Source: Schaalia odontolytica (GTDB taxonomy: Bacteria > Actinomycetota > Actinomycetes > Actinomycetales > Actinomycetaceae). From it: a stretch of 32,000 nt of DNA. The position numbers and the translations under genes are program-made. Below are positions 31,785 through 32,000 of the stretch, piece by piece (positions within the stretch are counted from its first letter, which is position 1; each line of letters opens with the position of its first letter). The stretch is taken from assembly GCF_005696695.1 (NCBI RefSeq), contig NZ_CP040006.1, positions 180,001-212,000 of the forward strand, written 5' to 3'. Below the pieces are notes generated by a model. The model saw only the letters and a list, made by a program, of their open reading frames with translations, was not told where the DNA came from and made no database searches.

Positions 31785-32000
31785 GCCTATGGCGTCGCTG
31801 GCGTTCCGGGCGCCGTCGGGCCCGGCCGCCTTGATTGGCCGGGCCGCTGTGTGTGTCGGTGGGCGGTGGCCCGCCCGCGAGCCGTCCGCGCCGCGAGCTC
31901 CGCTCGGCGCGTCGTCTCGAAGCCCGGCCAGGCCCCGCCACCGCCCACCGGCACCGCGGCCAGGCCCTCCAAACCAGTGGCGCTCTCCGCACCGGCGGCG
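31785..32000 (+). repeat. B-type GC-rich repeat, copy B3 (runs off the right edge)
   Basis: 31801-31830 matches B1 at 29/30 positions, and 31902-31948 matches B2 (reverse complement) at 46/47. Hairpins: GGCCCGGCC...GGCCGGGCC and GGTGGGCGGTGGC...GCCACCGCCCACC. Confidence 0.85.

Overview
This is a high-GC actinobacterial chromosomal segment. The protein style and repeat content look Actinomycetaceae-like, but the taxon is inference only. I can support 27 protein-coding genes, one tRNA-Ser(GGA), several stem-loop terminators and four kinds of non-coding repeat. Gene content is mostly housekeeping and transport. In order: a partial SprT-like peptidase; hrpA; an ADP-ribosylglycohydrolase; an erythrin-VIT1 iron transporter with a YtxH-like protein; an alpha/beta-hydrolase-fold protein with a degenerate catalytic triad; a PfkB kinase; a TRIC/UPF0126 channel; an APC amino-acid permease; a membrane-anchored DUF1524/His-Me nuclease; VanZ; an ABC-2 exporter with a HisKA_3/LuxR two-component operon; a Dpp/Opp-type peptide importer; a MarR-led OpuC/OsmU-type osmoprotectant importer; a compact Kv-like K+ channel; an NCS2 uracil/xanthine permease; and a DUF4190-like membrane protein. 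I do not see a convincing novel protein-coding system: there is no defence, secretion, RiPP/BGC, integrase or transposase gene set. What ordinary annotation does not explain is non-coding. (A) Three same-orientation copies of a 107-108 nt element are bounded by a 12-16 bp terminal inverted repeat GTCGCACGTAATT...AATTACGTGCGAC (5151, 18542, 29386). (B) A mosaic GC-rich repeat of about 150-250 nt occurs at 8945, 18657 (inverted) and 31785, the last just after the tRNA. (C) An 845-bp gene-free gap between convergent genes is tiled by motifs recurring in a strict 42-nt register and ends in 2.7 near-perfect 42-nt tandem copies with an embedded long dyad. (D) An exact 14-mer, GACGAGGCCGGGGC, occurs five times and builds the terminator-like hairpins of unrelated operons. 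These are the best candidates for something undescribed. Their function cannot be decided from this window alone. CDS coordinates follow the supplied ORF track, with start codons refined by hand where stated.
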